Shown: positions 39,927-49,455, numbered from the stretch's first letter. The stretch is 64,000 nt of DNA from an uncultured virus (IMG/VR IMGVR_UViG_3300025585_000041) (IMGVR_UViG_3300025585_000041:1-64000), one strand, 5' to 3'. Notes: generated by a model not told the origin, from the letters alone. Translations and numbers: made by a program.

Positions 39927-41561
39927 ATTAAAAAATTAATCAGAATATTATCAGCAAGTTTATTAGCATTTGGATTCAATCTTTGGCTTCCAGAAAATGC
40001 AAACGCAACATGCATTAATTTTATACAATCACAAACTATAGCAGCAGCATACGAAGGTGATGCAGAACCAACAGTTCATACAATGGATACATGTTCTGGT
40101 GATGATGTTTCTTATCAAATTCCAATTGCAACTACCGTGACTTTTGACGGGGTACAGTATGAAAACATTTATGCAACAACTAACTCAGTAATTACATTTG
40201 GTCAACCTGATGGTACATATTGGACTTACCCATCCACACCATCTATTTCCCTATATTCTATGGATTGGTTTCCAGGAGCAAGTGGGACATCTGGTTTGGA
40301 TATTTATTATTCAGAAGGTGGTTTTCAGTTAAATCTTAATATGGTTCCATATGGCAATTATGGAGCACAGCCAAGTACTGTAAATATATTAGTTGCCATT
40401 ACTAATACAGGCAGTCTTGCAGTATCCTATAGTTATCAAGGGCCAGAATATAATAATCTTAGAACAGGTGTTCGTCTACATGATGGATCTATAGTTTCCC
40501 TTGAGGCTTGGGGGGCAACACAGGTGCAGGCTGGAAGCCCAACGCCTACATTGGCTCCAGAGCCTATTCCAGATCCAACCCTAAGCCCTACCCCTACTCC
40601 AACTCCAACGCCCTCACAAACGCCTATAACGGCTGAAGAACAGCAAGCACAAGTAGCAGAGGCAGCACAACTTGCTAGTGATATTGCTGATTTAAATAGC
40701 CTTATTGCTTCCATTAATAGTGATGGTTCTACTGTAACTACACCAGATCCAGAGCCATCTGTTGATCCAGAACCATCTGTTGATCCTACTCCTGACTCTA
40801 CAGAAAACCCTGATTTGCCTGACCCTGATATTGAAGTTGACCCAGAAGTTATTACACCAGACGATCCCCGTTGGCCAGATGATGAGCAAACTCAACCAGA
40901 CGATCCCAATCCAACTCCAAGTCCTGATACCACAAATGGGGAGAACGAAGAGACTGATCCAACTCCAGAACCTTCACAAGAGCCTTCATCTCAGCCAGAG
41001 GATACAGATCCAAGCCCAGAACCTGAACCTGAGCAACCTGTTGACGAAGATCTTGTAGTAACACCAGATAATAATAACACAGATAGCGATCCTATTTCTG
41101 ACGAGGAACTTAAAAAGTTAAACAAACTAATTAGTGTTAATGATGCTAAATTAATGTCAGCAGTATCAACATTTTTAACTGAATTAAATCCAGGGCAGTC
41201 AAAAGAATTGGCAAAAGATTTGGGTATTAAAACAGAAGAAGTAGCACTGATAGCAGAGATAGCAAAAGAAAACCCTGCAGTTGCAGCAGCCGTAGTTCAA
41301 TTTACGGATAAAGCAGCACAAAATCAAAATGCTCCAATGCCTTATACATTAGCAGATGCAATTACAGAAATACAAACAGAAGCATTTTTGGCTGATCCAC
41401 TTGGAGTACTAATAGATATAGACTTTGAAAAGTTATTAAGTCCTACAGAATGGGGTAAGGATATGACAGATGATCAAAGAGAAAAGGTTCAGGAAGTAGT
41501 TATTCCTGTTATTTTGGTAGGGAATATTGTTAGTTCAGTTATGTCACTAAGGAGGTTATAA
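39927..41561 (+). CDS. Exported, C-terminally anchored protein with beta domain and Pro/Asp/Glu-rich stalk; probable ATT start
   Basis: Frame open upstream of ATG 40083 back to TAA 39906, encoding signal peptide IKKLIRILSASLLAFGFNLWLPENANA; C-terminal hydrophobic segment + RR. Confidence 0.7.
   Translation: MKKLIRILSASLLAFGFNLWLPENANATCINFIQSQTIAAAYEGDAEPTVHTMDTCSGDDVSYQIPIATTVTFDGVQYENIYATTNSVITFGQPDGTYWTYPSTPSISLYSMDWFPGASGTSGLDIYYSEGGFQLNLNMVPYGNYGAQPSTVNILVAITNTGSLAVSYSYQGPEYNNLRTGVRLHDGSIVSLEAWGATQVQAGSPTPTLAPEPIPDPTLSPTPTPTPTPSQTPITAEEQQAQVAEAAQLASDIADLNSLIASINSDGSTVTTPDPEPSVDPEPSVDPTPDSTENPDLPDPDIEVDPEVITPDDPRWPDDEQTQPDDPNPTPSPDTTNGENEETDPTPEPSQEPSSQPEDTDPSPEPEPEQPVDEDLVVTPDNNNTDSDPISDEELKKLNKLISVNDAKLMSAVSTFLTELNPGQSKELAKDLGIKTEEVALIAEIAKENPAVAAAVVQFTDKAAQNQNAPMPYTLADAITEIQTEAFLADPLGVLIDIDFEKLLSPTEWGKDMTDDQREKVQEVVIPVILVGNIVSSVMSLRRL
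40746..40786 (+). repeat. 18-bp tandem duplication (DPEPSV x2)
   Basis: GATCCAGAGCCATCTGTT GATCCAGAACCATCTGTT GATCC. Confidence 0.9.
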
Positions 41562-41562
41562 T

Positions 41563-41772
41563 ATGAACATGATTAAAAAGATAGTTAAGGGTTTACTAAA
41601 GTGGCTTAAGGCTGCTGTTATTGAGAGCATAGCCCAGGTATTTACCATTCTTGGCTTCTTTATTGCTTGGCTTACCCTTACAGGTACCGCCCAGCAGGTA
41701 GTGGGGGTAGCCACATTAATATCAATAGCCATATGGCTTATTACAATCCCGCTTCGTGAAGAAAAAGAATAA
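41563..41772 (+). CDS. Small 2-TM membrane protein (holin-like candidate)
   Basis: AGGAGG RBS; two hydrophobic helices; near lysin. Confidence 0.6.
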   Translation: MNMIKKIVKGLLKWLKAAVIESIAQVFTILGFFIAWLTLTGTAQQVVGVATLISIAIWLITIPLREEKE

Positions 41773-41792
41773 TAAATTGGTATAATGTTGAC

Positions 41793-42008
41793 ATGAGAAT
41801 TCGTCATATTTTACTATCGTGTATACTTATATTAAGTCTTAGTGGCTGTGGGTATAGCGGTTTTTATCGTTACCCTTGCCAAGACCCAGCAAACTGGGAA
41901 GCAAAGGAATGCAATCCACCAGTTTGTGAACCTTCTGGAACTTGTTCACGGGATCTAGTAGGAAAAACAGTATGGGACGAATACCAGAACGGAAAGAAAA
42001 ATGGCTAA
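41793..42008 (+). CDS. Small Cys-rich lipoprotein
   Basis: Lipobox LSGC; TGGTATAAT (41778-41786) 6 nt upstream. Confidence 0.7.
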   Translation: MRIRHILLSCILILSLSGCGYSGFYRYPCQDPANWEAKECNPPVCEPSGTCSRDLVGKTVWDEYQNGKKNG

Positions 42009-42444
42009 AGAAAGATTAACACCAGCAGAGTTGGATGCTCGTTTAAAGTTTACCCTAGGATTAATTCTTGGAGGAATTCTTTTATTTACAGCACTTGGAA
42101 TTTTATATGGTTTGTTGTTTGTTACACAACCAGTTGGAGCACAATCAGAAAATGATAAGATGTTCTTCAATGTGCTTGGATCAGTTGCAACATTCATTAC
42201 AGGAACATTAGCAGGACTATTAATTGGGCAGTCTGGTGCTAAAGATATTATGGCAGCACAATTATCTAATAAAGAAATGGATGCAAAAAATACACAGGCT
42301 GATAAGAAACTTGAATCAGAACTGGAAATTGCTGAGAATAAGGCTCAAGCAGAAATTGATGCTACTATGGCAAGACTTGCTGCTAAACCAGATGGTCAAA
42401 TGCCAGAAGAGCAACCAGTTGATTTAGATTGGCATAAGGAGTAA
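42001..42444 (+). CDS. 2-TM membrane protein, putative holin
   Basis: Two TM helices plus charged tail, directly before endolysin. Confidence 0.6.
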   Translation: MAKERLTPAELDARLKFTLGLILGGILLFTALGILYGLLFVTQPVGAQSENDKMFFNVLGSVATFITGTLAGLLIGQSGAKDIMAAQLSNKEMDAKNTQADKKLESELEIAENKAQAEIDATMARLAAKPDGQMPEEQPVDLDWHKE

Positions 42445-42446
42445 TC

Positions 42447-43034
42447 ATGGCAGAACAAGGTACAGCAGCACGACTTATTGAAGTTGCTAAAGGTGAATTG
42501 GGAACTATTGAAGGTCCAAAAGATAACGAAACAAAGTATGGTGCTTTTACTAAAGCAAACTTTCAGCCATGGTGTGGCTCATTTGTTATGTGGTGTGCAA
42601 ATGAAGCAGGAGTAAAGGTTCCTAATACTGTTTATACTCCAGGAGGCGCAGCAGCATTTAAGAAGGCTGGTGCTTGGATTGATGGCGATGTAGCAGATCC
42701 AGAACCAGGCGATATTGCTTACTTTGACTTTCCATCAGATGGTGTTGATAGAATCTCACATGTTGGTATTGTTATTGCAGACAATGAAGATGGAACTGTA
42801 TGGTGCATTGAAGGAAATACAAGCCCAGATAAAAAGGGTAGCCAAAGAAATGGTGGACAGGTTTCAAAGAAACTTCGTGCATATAAGAAAAATAAGGCTG
42901 GAGAAATGATTTCTATCGTAGGCTTTGGTCGTCCAAAATTTGGTGCTGTAAAAGAAAATAAATCTAATACATTACCTAATAAAACCTCTAAGCCAAAAAC
43001 TTGTTCAGAATGTGGACAAGAAATAAAAAAGTAG
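42447..43034 (+). CDS. Endolysin, CHAP/NlpC-P60-type amidase
   Basis: PWCGSFV (catalytic Cys), PGDI, SHVGIV, IEGNT. Confidence 0.88.
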   Translation: MAEQGTAARLIEVAKGELGTIEGPKDNETKYGAFTKANFQPWCGSFVMWCANEAGVKVPNTVYTPGGAAAFKKAGAWIDGDVADPEPGDIAYFDFPSDGVDRISHVGIVIADNEDGTVWCIEGNTSPDKKGSQRNGGQVSKKLRAYKKNKAGEMISIVGFGRPKFGAVKENKSNTLPNKTSKPKTCSECGQEIKK

Positions 43035-43063
43035 TTGACATAAAAAATATTTCCTGATATACT
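43035..43063 (+). promoter_or_regulatory. Sigma-70/SigA-type promoter
   Basis: TTGACA-17 nt-TATACT with TG extension. Confidence 0.8.
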
Positions 43064-43089
43064 GATATTAAACAATCAGAAAGGCTACA

Positions 43090-43623
43090 ATGACTTGCAT
43101 AGCAGTCGTACGTGATAATATAAACAATAAACTTTGGATGGCAGGAGACCGTGGAGTTTCTGATGATAATGTTATTAATGTATCTTCAAGTCCTAAAATA
43201 TGGAAAAAAGAAGGATATTTATTTGGATATGCTGGCTCTATGGATGGAGATAGAATAAAACACTTATTTGTTCCCCCAGCATTTGAAGGTCGTGGCAGTA
43301 TTGATAAATTTATGTATAGTAAATTCCTAAAAGCACTTCGTAATTTTTATGAAGGTTGGTGGGTTGATACATCTCCATCATCAGACTTTGGAATGATTAT
43401 TTGTATTCGTGGAAAAATATATGAACACAATGCTGGAGATATGTCATTAACTCAGTATGAACAAGATTATCTTGCTATGGGATCTGGTGGAGACTTGGCA
43501 TTGGGATCTTTATATTCAACACAAAAGCAAAAGGATGCAAGGAAAAGAGCGGTACTTGCAGTAAATGCTGCAATTAATCATTCTATGTCATGTAAAGGTC
43601 CTATTGACATTCTGAGCATTTAA
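43090..43623 (+). CDS. HslV/proteasome-beta-like Ntn hydrolase
   Basis: N-terminal M-T-C-I, AGD, PKI, GYAGS, AMGSG. Confidence 0.75.
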   Translation: MTCIAVVRDNINNKLWMAGDRGVSDDNVINVSSSPKIWKKEGYLFGYAGSMDGDRIKHLFVPPAFEGRGSIDKFMYSKFLKALRNFYEGWWVDTSPSSDFGMIICIRGKIYEHNAGDMSLTQYEQDYLAMGSGGDLALGSLYSTQKQKDARKRAVLAVNAAINHSMSCKGPIDILSI

Positions 43624-43632
43624 GTATATACT
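43604..43632 (+). promoter_or_regulatory. Promoter, probably leaderless transcript
   Basis: TTGACA-17 nt-TATACT, 6 nt before ATG 43639; no SD. Confidence 0.75.
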
Positions 43633-43638
43633 AAAGAT

Positions 43639-45162
43639 ATGAAAAAAATATTTATAACTTTCGTCTTATCATTTTCTTTATTATTACCATCTTGCGTTAA
43701 CGCAGCAACACCATTAAAGGCATGTCCAAAAAATCAATTAAATAAAATTAAAGATGGTTTTATTTGTAAAAAGATTGATAATGTTTATAGATGGGCAAAA
43801 TTAGATGTAGTTCCTACAATAGCGCCAACCATAAAACCAACACCAACACCATCTGCAACTATTAATACTAAACCAAATGTTACTAAAAAATATTTTAACA
43901 GTCCATGCGATCTTGATCCAAATACTCCAACAGAATGGAAAGATTTTGAAAGAAAACATATTAACGGTGGCGGTTGTTTAAGTGCACTCAGGATACCAAA
44001 TACTCAACCCTTAATAGAGTTACCAACAACACAAACAGATAAGTCTAATTTAAATCTTTCTCAATGCAAAATTGAACAATCTAGAAATAAAGGAAATGTT
44101 TTAGGATTTAAAACTTGGGACTCATACTGGCAAACATCACTAAAACATCCTTCGCCAAATACTATTTATCAGGTTATTCCTTTATATTCTGATGACATAC
44201 CAAACTCTAAAACAAATCCTAATGATGATTTTAAAAAATATTTTGATTTCATTACTGCTTGGACTAAGCAGGCATCAGATAATGGATCTAATGTAGAATT
44301 TAGAGTGCCTAATAATTATATTTATATGCCTGGAAACATATCGTCATATAACTTAATACACGAAAGAAGTGAATCTTCTGCACAAAGGTTTACAAGTGAT
44401 TTAGTCAAGGCTGTAGATTCTAAGATTAATTTTTCTGGATCAAATATTGCATTAATTTTATTTCCACCATCTACAAATAAAATAATTGGTGATCAAGTAG
44501 GTCTAAATAGATTTTTAACAGATGAAGGTTATGTTGTTGGGTCTATTATGCCAAGTGGCGGTAGCATTGCTTTAGAAAGAAATTTTTCATGGCCAACATG
44601 GTGGATGCATGAATTAATGCATGTTGGAATTGGCTTTGATGATAATAATCATTCACAAAATGATTCACCATCATGGTGGGGATTAATTAATTGGGCATCT
44701 ACATTTGATCTGCTTGCTTGGCATAAATGGATTGCTGGCTTTATTTCTGATTCTCAGGTTATTTGTTTAGATAAAGAAAAGACATCAATAGCCTATATTG
44801 CTCCATCTACAGTTAAAAGCACAAGAGATAAAATGATTGTTATTCCTTTAAGTAATTCAAAGGCTATTGTTATTGAATCACAAAGAGCAGAGGGAATAAA
44901 TTATAAACTTCCACAAGTTTCAGAGGGTGCTCTTGTTTATTTTATTGATATGTCTCTTACAAATCATGCTGATGGTATTAGATTAATATTGCCAAAAAAT
45001 AAAAATATACTTAGAGCAGATAATATGAATTCAAAATCACAAGGAAATAATGCAAACGCTTCACTTAAATTAGGTGAAATTGCAGAGTATAATGGAATTA
45101 GAATACAAGTAATAGAATCTGGATCATTTGGGGATGTGATAAAAATTGAGCCAACAAGATGA
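43639..45162 (+). CDS. Secreted zinc metallopeptidase-like protein (M6/InhA-like)
   Basis: Signal peptide, PT linker, HELMH (HExxH), LLAWHKWIAG, EGALVY. Confidence 0.65.
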   Translation: MKKIFITFVLSFSLLLPSCVNAATPLKACPKNQLNKIKDGFICKKIDNVYRWAKLDVVPTIAPTIKPTPTPSATINTKPNVTKKYFNSPCDLDPNTPTEWKDFERKHINGGGCLSALRIPNTQPLIELPTTQTDKSNLNLSQCKIEQSRNKGNVLGFKTWDSYWQTSLKHPSPNTIYQVIPLYSDDIPNSKTNPNDDFKKYFDFITAWTKQASDNGSNVEFRVPNNYIYMPGNISSYNLIHERSESSAQRFTSDLVKAVDSKINFSGSNIALILFPPSTNKIIGDQVGLNRFLTDEGYVVGSIMPSGGSIALERNFSWPTWWMHELMHVGIGFDDNNHSQNDSPSWWGLINWASTFDLLAWHKWIAGFISDSQVICLDKEKTSIAYIAPSTVKSTRDKMIVIPLSNSKAIVIESQRAEGINYKLPQVSEGALVYFIDMSLTNHADGIRLILPKNKNILRADNMNSKSQGNNANASLKLGEIAEYNGIRIQVIESGSFGDVIKIEPTR

Positions 45163-45853
45163 AATGTTTTCTGGCTTTAAAAAAGATTGGAACTTATGGG
45201 ATAATTCTAAAACAGAAAGTTTCCTTTATATAAATAAAATAGCAGTTCCTTATAAAAAATGGCTTTCTTATGTTCCTGTTAAAGAAAATGAAATTTTTAA
45301 AAATTCTATATTAAAGCCAATAAATCATTATGCTGCAACTCTATATCCTCCACCAAAATTAATATCTATAACAGATAATGGATTTAGGTTAAGGCAGGGT
45401 AATCATGCAGAAATGTTCTTATTAGTAGATCATTATAGAAGAGATGGTCAGTTTTATAATATAGATAGGCCATGGGTTAGACAATACTATAGTTCAGCAA
45501 AAGAGTATACTCTTCCAGATGGTTGTTTTGATGGTATATATCGATTCTATGTTCCTTGGATTATTGATGAAAATGTTACAGTTAACTTTAAACAAGCAGA
45601 TGATAGTCCGTTTTATATATATGAGGATTCTATTGCTTTTACAAAAATACCATTTAATACATCAGAAATAGAACCACCCTTTATACATTTTCATTTTAAA
45701 AATGTAGGAAAACATATGTTAGATTCAGAATTTGGTAAAATTAAAAAACAATCACCAATGTTTGATATTGAGGTTCAAACAACTGATATAATGTTAATAG
45801 AGAGAGTTAGGGAGTTTTATGAGTTTACGAAAGATAAAATTTTATCCGTTTAG
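45146..45853 (+). CDS. Hypothetical protein, distant paralog of the next two genes
   Basis: C-terminal GKIKKQSPMFDI resembles GVIKQGTPLVQI. Confidence 0.5.
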   Translation: MSQQDEMFSGFKKDWNLWDNSKTESFLYINKIAVPYKKWLSYVPVKENEIFKNSILKPINHYAATLYPPPKLISITDNGFRLRQGNHAEMFLLVDHYRRDGQFYNIDRPWVRQYYSSAKEYTLPDGCFDGIYRFYVPWIIDENVTVNFKQADDSPFYIYEDSIAFTKIPFNTSEIEPPFIHFHFKNVGKHMLDSEFGKIKKQSPMFDIEVQTTDIMLIERVREFYEFTKDKILSV

Positions 45854-46547
45854 TGAAGAGACAGTATCTTTTGCTCCGCCACCAGTGCCAGCATCAAGAG
45901 TTGTTCCAGAATGGTATAAGAAGCAATCATCTACAGTAGATAATGAGAGAGGGCTTGCTCAGGGATCTTTTAATGGCACAGTAAAAAAATGTATGCCAAT
46001 ATTTGACTTAATGACTGCTGGATATATATTATCTTTACCTATGGATATTTATATAGATGCATCTGATCCAAATAAATTAAACATTCAGTGTCCTAATCCA
46101 ATGAAAAGATTTGGAACAGATATGTTTGCAACGCATGCTCCAGAACAATATAATCATTATCCTGTAGATACAGACATGTATCATAAAACATTATTCAGAA
46201 TAATGCCATTTTGGGCATTTAAAACTGAAAAAGGTTATAGTACATTAGTTCTTCATCCAAACCATCAAGACGAACTTCCATTTAGGGCACTTGGAGGATT
46301 CGTTGATACAGATAAGTTTATAGTTGATGGACATTTTTCTTTCTTTATCAAAAAAGGTTTTGTTGGTGTAATTAAGCAAGGCACTCCATTAGTACAAATA
46401 ATTCCTGTTAAGAGAGAAGATTGGGAGTCTGAAATGGTTCCCCATGATCAAGTAAAAAAAGAAATTGGTCATCAAAGAATACATTTAAGATCAACATTTA
46501 GCAATGGATATAAGGGTAAATATAGAAGCATGAAGAGATTTTCATGA
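45819..46547 (+). CDS. DUF6065-like / dUTPase-like beta-fold protein
   Basis: VPEWYK, KKCMPIFDLMTAGY, GFVDTD, IKQGTPLVQIIP.KRE.W. Confidence 0.65.
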   Translation: MSLRKIKFYPFSEETVSFAPPPVPASRVVPEWYKKQSSTVDNERGLAQGSFNGTVKKCMPIFDLMTAGYILSLPMDIYIDASDPNKLNIQCPNPMKRFGTDMFATHAPEQYNHYPVDTDMYHKTLFRIMPFWAFKTEKGYSTLVLHPNHQDELPFRALGGFVDTDKFIVDGHFSFFIKKGFVGVIKQGTPLVQIIPVKREDWESEMVPHDQVKKEIGHQRIHLRSTFSNGYKGKYRSMKRFS

Positions 46548-47326
46548 ATGAAGATCCATTAGAAATTGTCTTTACTCCAGCGCTTAATGCACAGCCACAT
46601 TGGTCAGTAGTTCAAACAGCACCAGAGCCAGCAGTTAAACATGTTCCAGAATGGTATAAAAGTTTAGCAAAGCATGATAATTGGAACGATGATAGATATT
46701 TAAATCCAGTTAATCATTTAGGATCTGATGGTGCACAAGTTGCTACAAAAATGTGCTTGCCGTTCTTTGATGCATTGACTGCTGGTTATGTATATTTGCT
46801 TGAAGATGATTTATATGTTGAATTAGATCCAGATGGAAGACCAAAACTATCTTGGAATGGCAATATAATGTTATTAGATAAAAGACCAACAAATGATATA
46901 GTCGTTCCAGATAATTGTCATCCTATGCATTATGGATTTCGTATGAATTGGTTTTATGATACTCCGCCTGGATATTCTGTTCTTATAACACATCCAATGA
47001 ATAGGCATGATCTTCCATTTTATACAATGTCTGGGATAGTAGAATCAGATATTTGGGGTTTACCAGTTTTCATAGCATTCTTTTTAAAAAGAGGTTTTCA
47101 AGGCGTAATTCCAAAAGGAACACCAATTATGCAAATTATTCCTTTTAAAAGAGAAAATTGGGAAATGTCTATAGACGAAGATTATGATTCTGTTGATAAA
47201 AAATTATTAAAGGCAGAAGATAGACGATCATTATTATATGGTTATTATAAAAAAACAACTTGGAGAAAAAAAATATACGGAATAAAAAACATGTTTTCAA
47301 AGGATGCGAATCACGACGATGAGTAG
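46544..47326 (+). CDS. DUF6065-like / dUTPase-like beta-fold protein
   Basis: VPEWYK, KMCLPFFDALTAGY, TPPGYS, SGIVESD, IPKGTPIMQIIP.KRE.W. Confidence 0.65.
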   Translation: MNEDPLEIVFTPALNAQPHWSVVQTAPEPAVKHVPEWYKSLAKHDNWNDDRYLNPVNHLGSDGAQVATKMCLPFFDALTAGYVYLLEDDLYVELDPDGRPKLSWNGNIMLLDKRPTNDIVVPDNCHPMHYGFRMNWFYDTPPGYSVLITHPMNRHDLPFYTMSGIVESDIWGLPVFIAFFLKRGFQGVIPKGTPIMQIIPFKRENWEMSIDEDYDSVDKKLLKAEDRRSLLYGYYKKTTWRKKIYGIKNMFSKDANHDDE

Positions 47327-48173
47327 CATTGGGGTAGTTATTTATTCTTATAAAGGAAAATCTTTAAAAGATGTTGTGCAAAAAATTAATGAAAATTCAT
47401 CCAAAGAACATACAATCAATATTTATATATTAGACCAATCACCATTAATAAAAAATGAATATTATAATTCTATAAGCAATGTTTCATATAAACATAAATT
47501 TTGGGACTACCCATATGGTCAGTGCTTATATAGATTTGAAACTGCAAGAAATATACAAGAAGAATTTATTTTAATAATGTCTGATAATATTTTAGTAAAT
47601 AATAACTGGGATTTAGAATTAATTAAAAATTATAAAACAAATTCTGTTATATCTGGAAAAGGAATTCCGTCAATAACAAATGATAACTTTTACTTTTATA
47701 ATAATTCGCTAAATTCTGATGATTTTATATTATCAAATTTTGTAGACAAAGATTTTATTTTTATTTCAAAAGAACTTTTTCATAATACTAACTACCCAAC
47801 TTTTTTAAAATATAATGGCGAGGCAGAGTATTTATCAATGTATTGGTTTACAAGAGGAATAGATATATATTCTTGTCCAAGTAGTTTTTATACAAAAAAT
47901 AATCAGAATTCTATAGATATTTTATATACACCTTATTCTAAAGATCATAATTATAATGAAATAATTAAAATTATAAAAAATCAGCATAGTTCATTTTTTG
48001 ATCCTGGAACTGCTAGAACAGTAAATGATTTTTTGTCTTATCATAATATAGATTTAGAAAAAATATTTCCGTTACCATTTCAAACAAACGATGTTGAATA
48101 TGATTGTTATAATAATGATTTTGACAAACTTGATGGAAGAAAATTTATAGGCCATTTACACTATATTTACTAA
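47319..48173 (+). CDS. GT-A glycosyltransferase resembling the Skp1 hydroxyproline GlcNAc-transferase (Gnt1/GT60) family
   Basis: G.C.YR...EEFIL...NWD.ELI and GEAEYLSMYWFTRGIDIYS motifs; alternative start at 47304. Confidence 0.6.
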   Translation: MSSIGVVIYSYKGKSLKDVVQKINENSSKEHTINIYILDQSPLIKNEYYNSISNVSYKHKFWDYPYGQCLYRFETARNIQEEFILIMSDNILVNNNWDLELIKNYKTNSVISGKGIPSITNDNFYFYNNSLNSDDFILSNFVDKDFIFISKELFHNTNYPTFLKYNGEAEYLSMYWFTRGIDIYSCPSSFYTKNNQNSIDILYTPYSKDHNYNEIIKIIKNQHSSFFDPGTARTVNDFLSYHNIDLEKIFPLPFQTNDVEYDCYNNDFDKLDGRKFIGHLHYIY

Positions 48174-48200
48174 TAGTGTATAATGTTAATAGGAGGAAAA

Positions 48201-48803
48201 ATGCATAGAATTAAAATTATAGATAATTTTATAGAGCCAATAGATGCTTTAACATTAATACAGCAACAAAATGATCCAAACTCAATTAGGCTTCCATATC
48301 CAGAATATTATAAAGAAAGATTTGGTGGTACATCTTTACCATATAACCCAACAGTAATGTCTATATTAAAGAAATATGGCGATAAATCTAATGAGGTTCA
48401 CAAAGAATTAAACGGATTTAATAGTCCAATATATGTGTTTAAGGCATTTGGTTCACACTGGACTACTGGCACAAAAGGACCGTTACATTTAGACGCACAA
48501 GATCCAGAGCCATGGATTGAGTGGAGTACTATAATATATCTAAATGAGGAGCCAGACTATACTGGAGGAAAAATATTTTTTCCAAATCAAGATTTTATTT
48601 ATCAACCAAAAAGATATTCTGCAGTCTTTTTTCCAAGTGCTGGAAGTGAATATATTCATGGTATAACAGAAGTAACTTCTGGCAATAGATATACCGCTTT
48701 ATATATGCATACATCTCTTCCTCAACATGCAGATCCAGATTTTCTTGGAGAAGATAAGAATCCAAAATGGAGGGCGCCAGAACATGAATTTAACTACTTA
48801 TGA
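48201..48803 (+). CDS. Prolyl-4-hydroxylase-like 2OG-Fe(II) oxygenase
   Basis: AGGAGG; IIDNFI, HLD, IIYLN, YTGG, HGITEVTSGNRY. Confidence 0.85.
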   Translation: MHRIKIIDNFIEPIDALTLIQQQNDPNSIRLPYPEYYKERFGGTSLPYNPTVMSILKKYGDKSNEVHKELNGFNSPIYVFKAFGSHWTTGTKGPLHLDAQDPEPWIEWSTIIYLNEEPDYTGGKIFFPNQDFIYQPKRYSAVFFPSAGSEYIHGITEVTSGNRYTALYMHTSLPQHADPDFLGEDKNPKWRAPEHEFNYL

Positions 48804-49455
48804 TTATGAAATATTAGATTTAGGATTAGTTTATTATAAAAATGCTTTAAATAATCCACAAGAAATTATTGATATAGTTAAATCTGTTGATGAAAAATAT
48901 AATCAAAAAGAACACGGAGATAATTATACTGCAGTTCAACCCTGGCATGCTTGGCAAAATGAAAGTGCTGGAACATTAGAAACTTTTTGTTGGCAAAAAT
49001 TTTTCCCAAAACCAGAGGACATTAGAGCAGATGATTATTATTATAAGGATCAGCAGTATGTCTCTAAAAGACTTTATGATGCATTAGATGCTGCAACAAA
49101 TCATTATACAAATATTATATATCCATTTGCATCAAGAAATATTAAGTCTAGAGAATATAGTGTGCACCTTTTAAGGTATGAAAAAGGTGGGTACCTACCA
49201 GCACATCAAGATCATGGGGTAAGTAGCAGAGTAATTTCTGTTGTTATGTATTTAAATAATGATTACGAAGGTGGAGAAATATCTTTTCCAAATTCTAATG
49301 TTAAAATAAAGCCAGAACCAGGAAGTATTATTTTCTTTCCTTCAAATTATTTATATATACATGAAGTTGCTCCAATTATTAGTGGAACTAGATATTCCAT
49401 GCCACATTGGTATCATAATATGAAGACTCCAATAATGTCGACTGGCCAGGAATAA
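48784..49455 (+). CDS. Prolyl-4-hydroxylase-like 2OG-Fe(II) oxygenase
   Basis: HQD, MYLNNDYEGGE, FPS, HEVAPIISGTRY. Confidence 0.88.
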   Translation: MNLTTYDYEILDLGLVYYKNALNNPQEIIDIVKSVDEKYNQKEHGDNYTAVQPWHAWQNESAGTLETFCWQKFFPKPEDIRADDYYYKDQQYVSKRLYDALDAATNHYTNIIYPFASRNIKSREYSVHLLRYEKGGYLPAHQDHGVSSRVISVVMYLNNDYEGGEISFPNSNVKIKPEPGSIIFFPSNYLYIHEVAPIISGTRYSMPHWYHNMKTPIMSTGQE

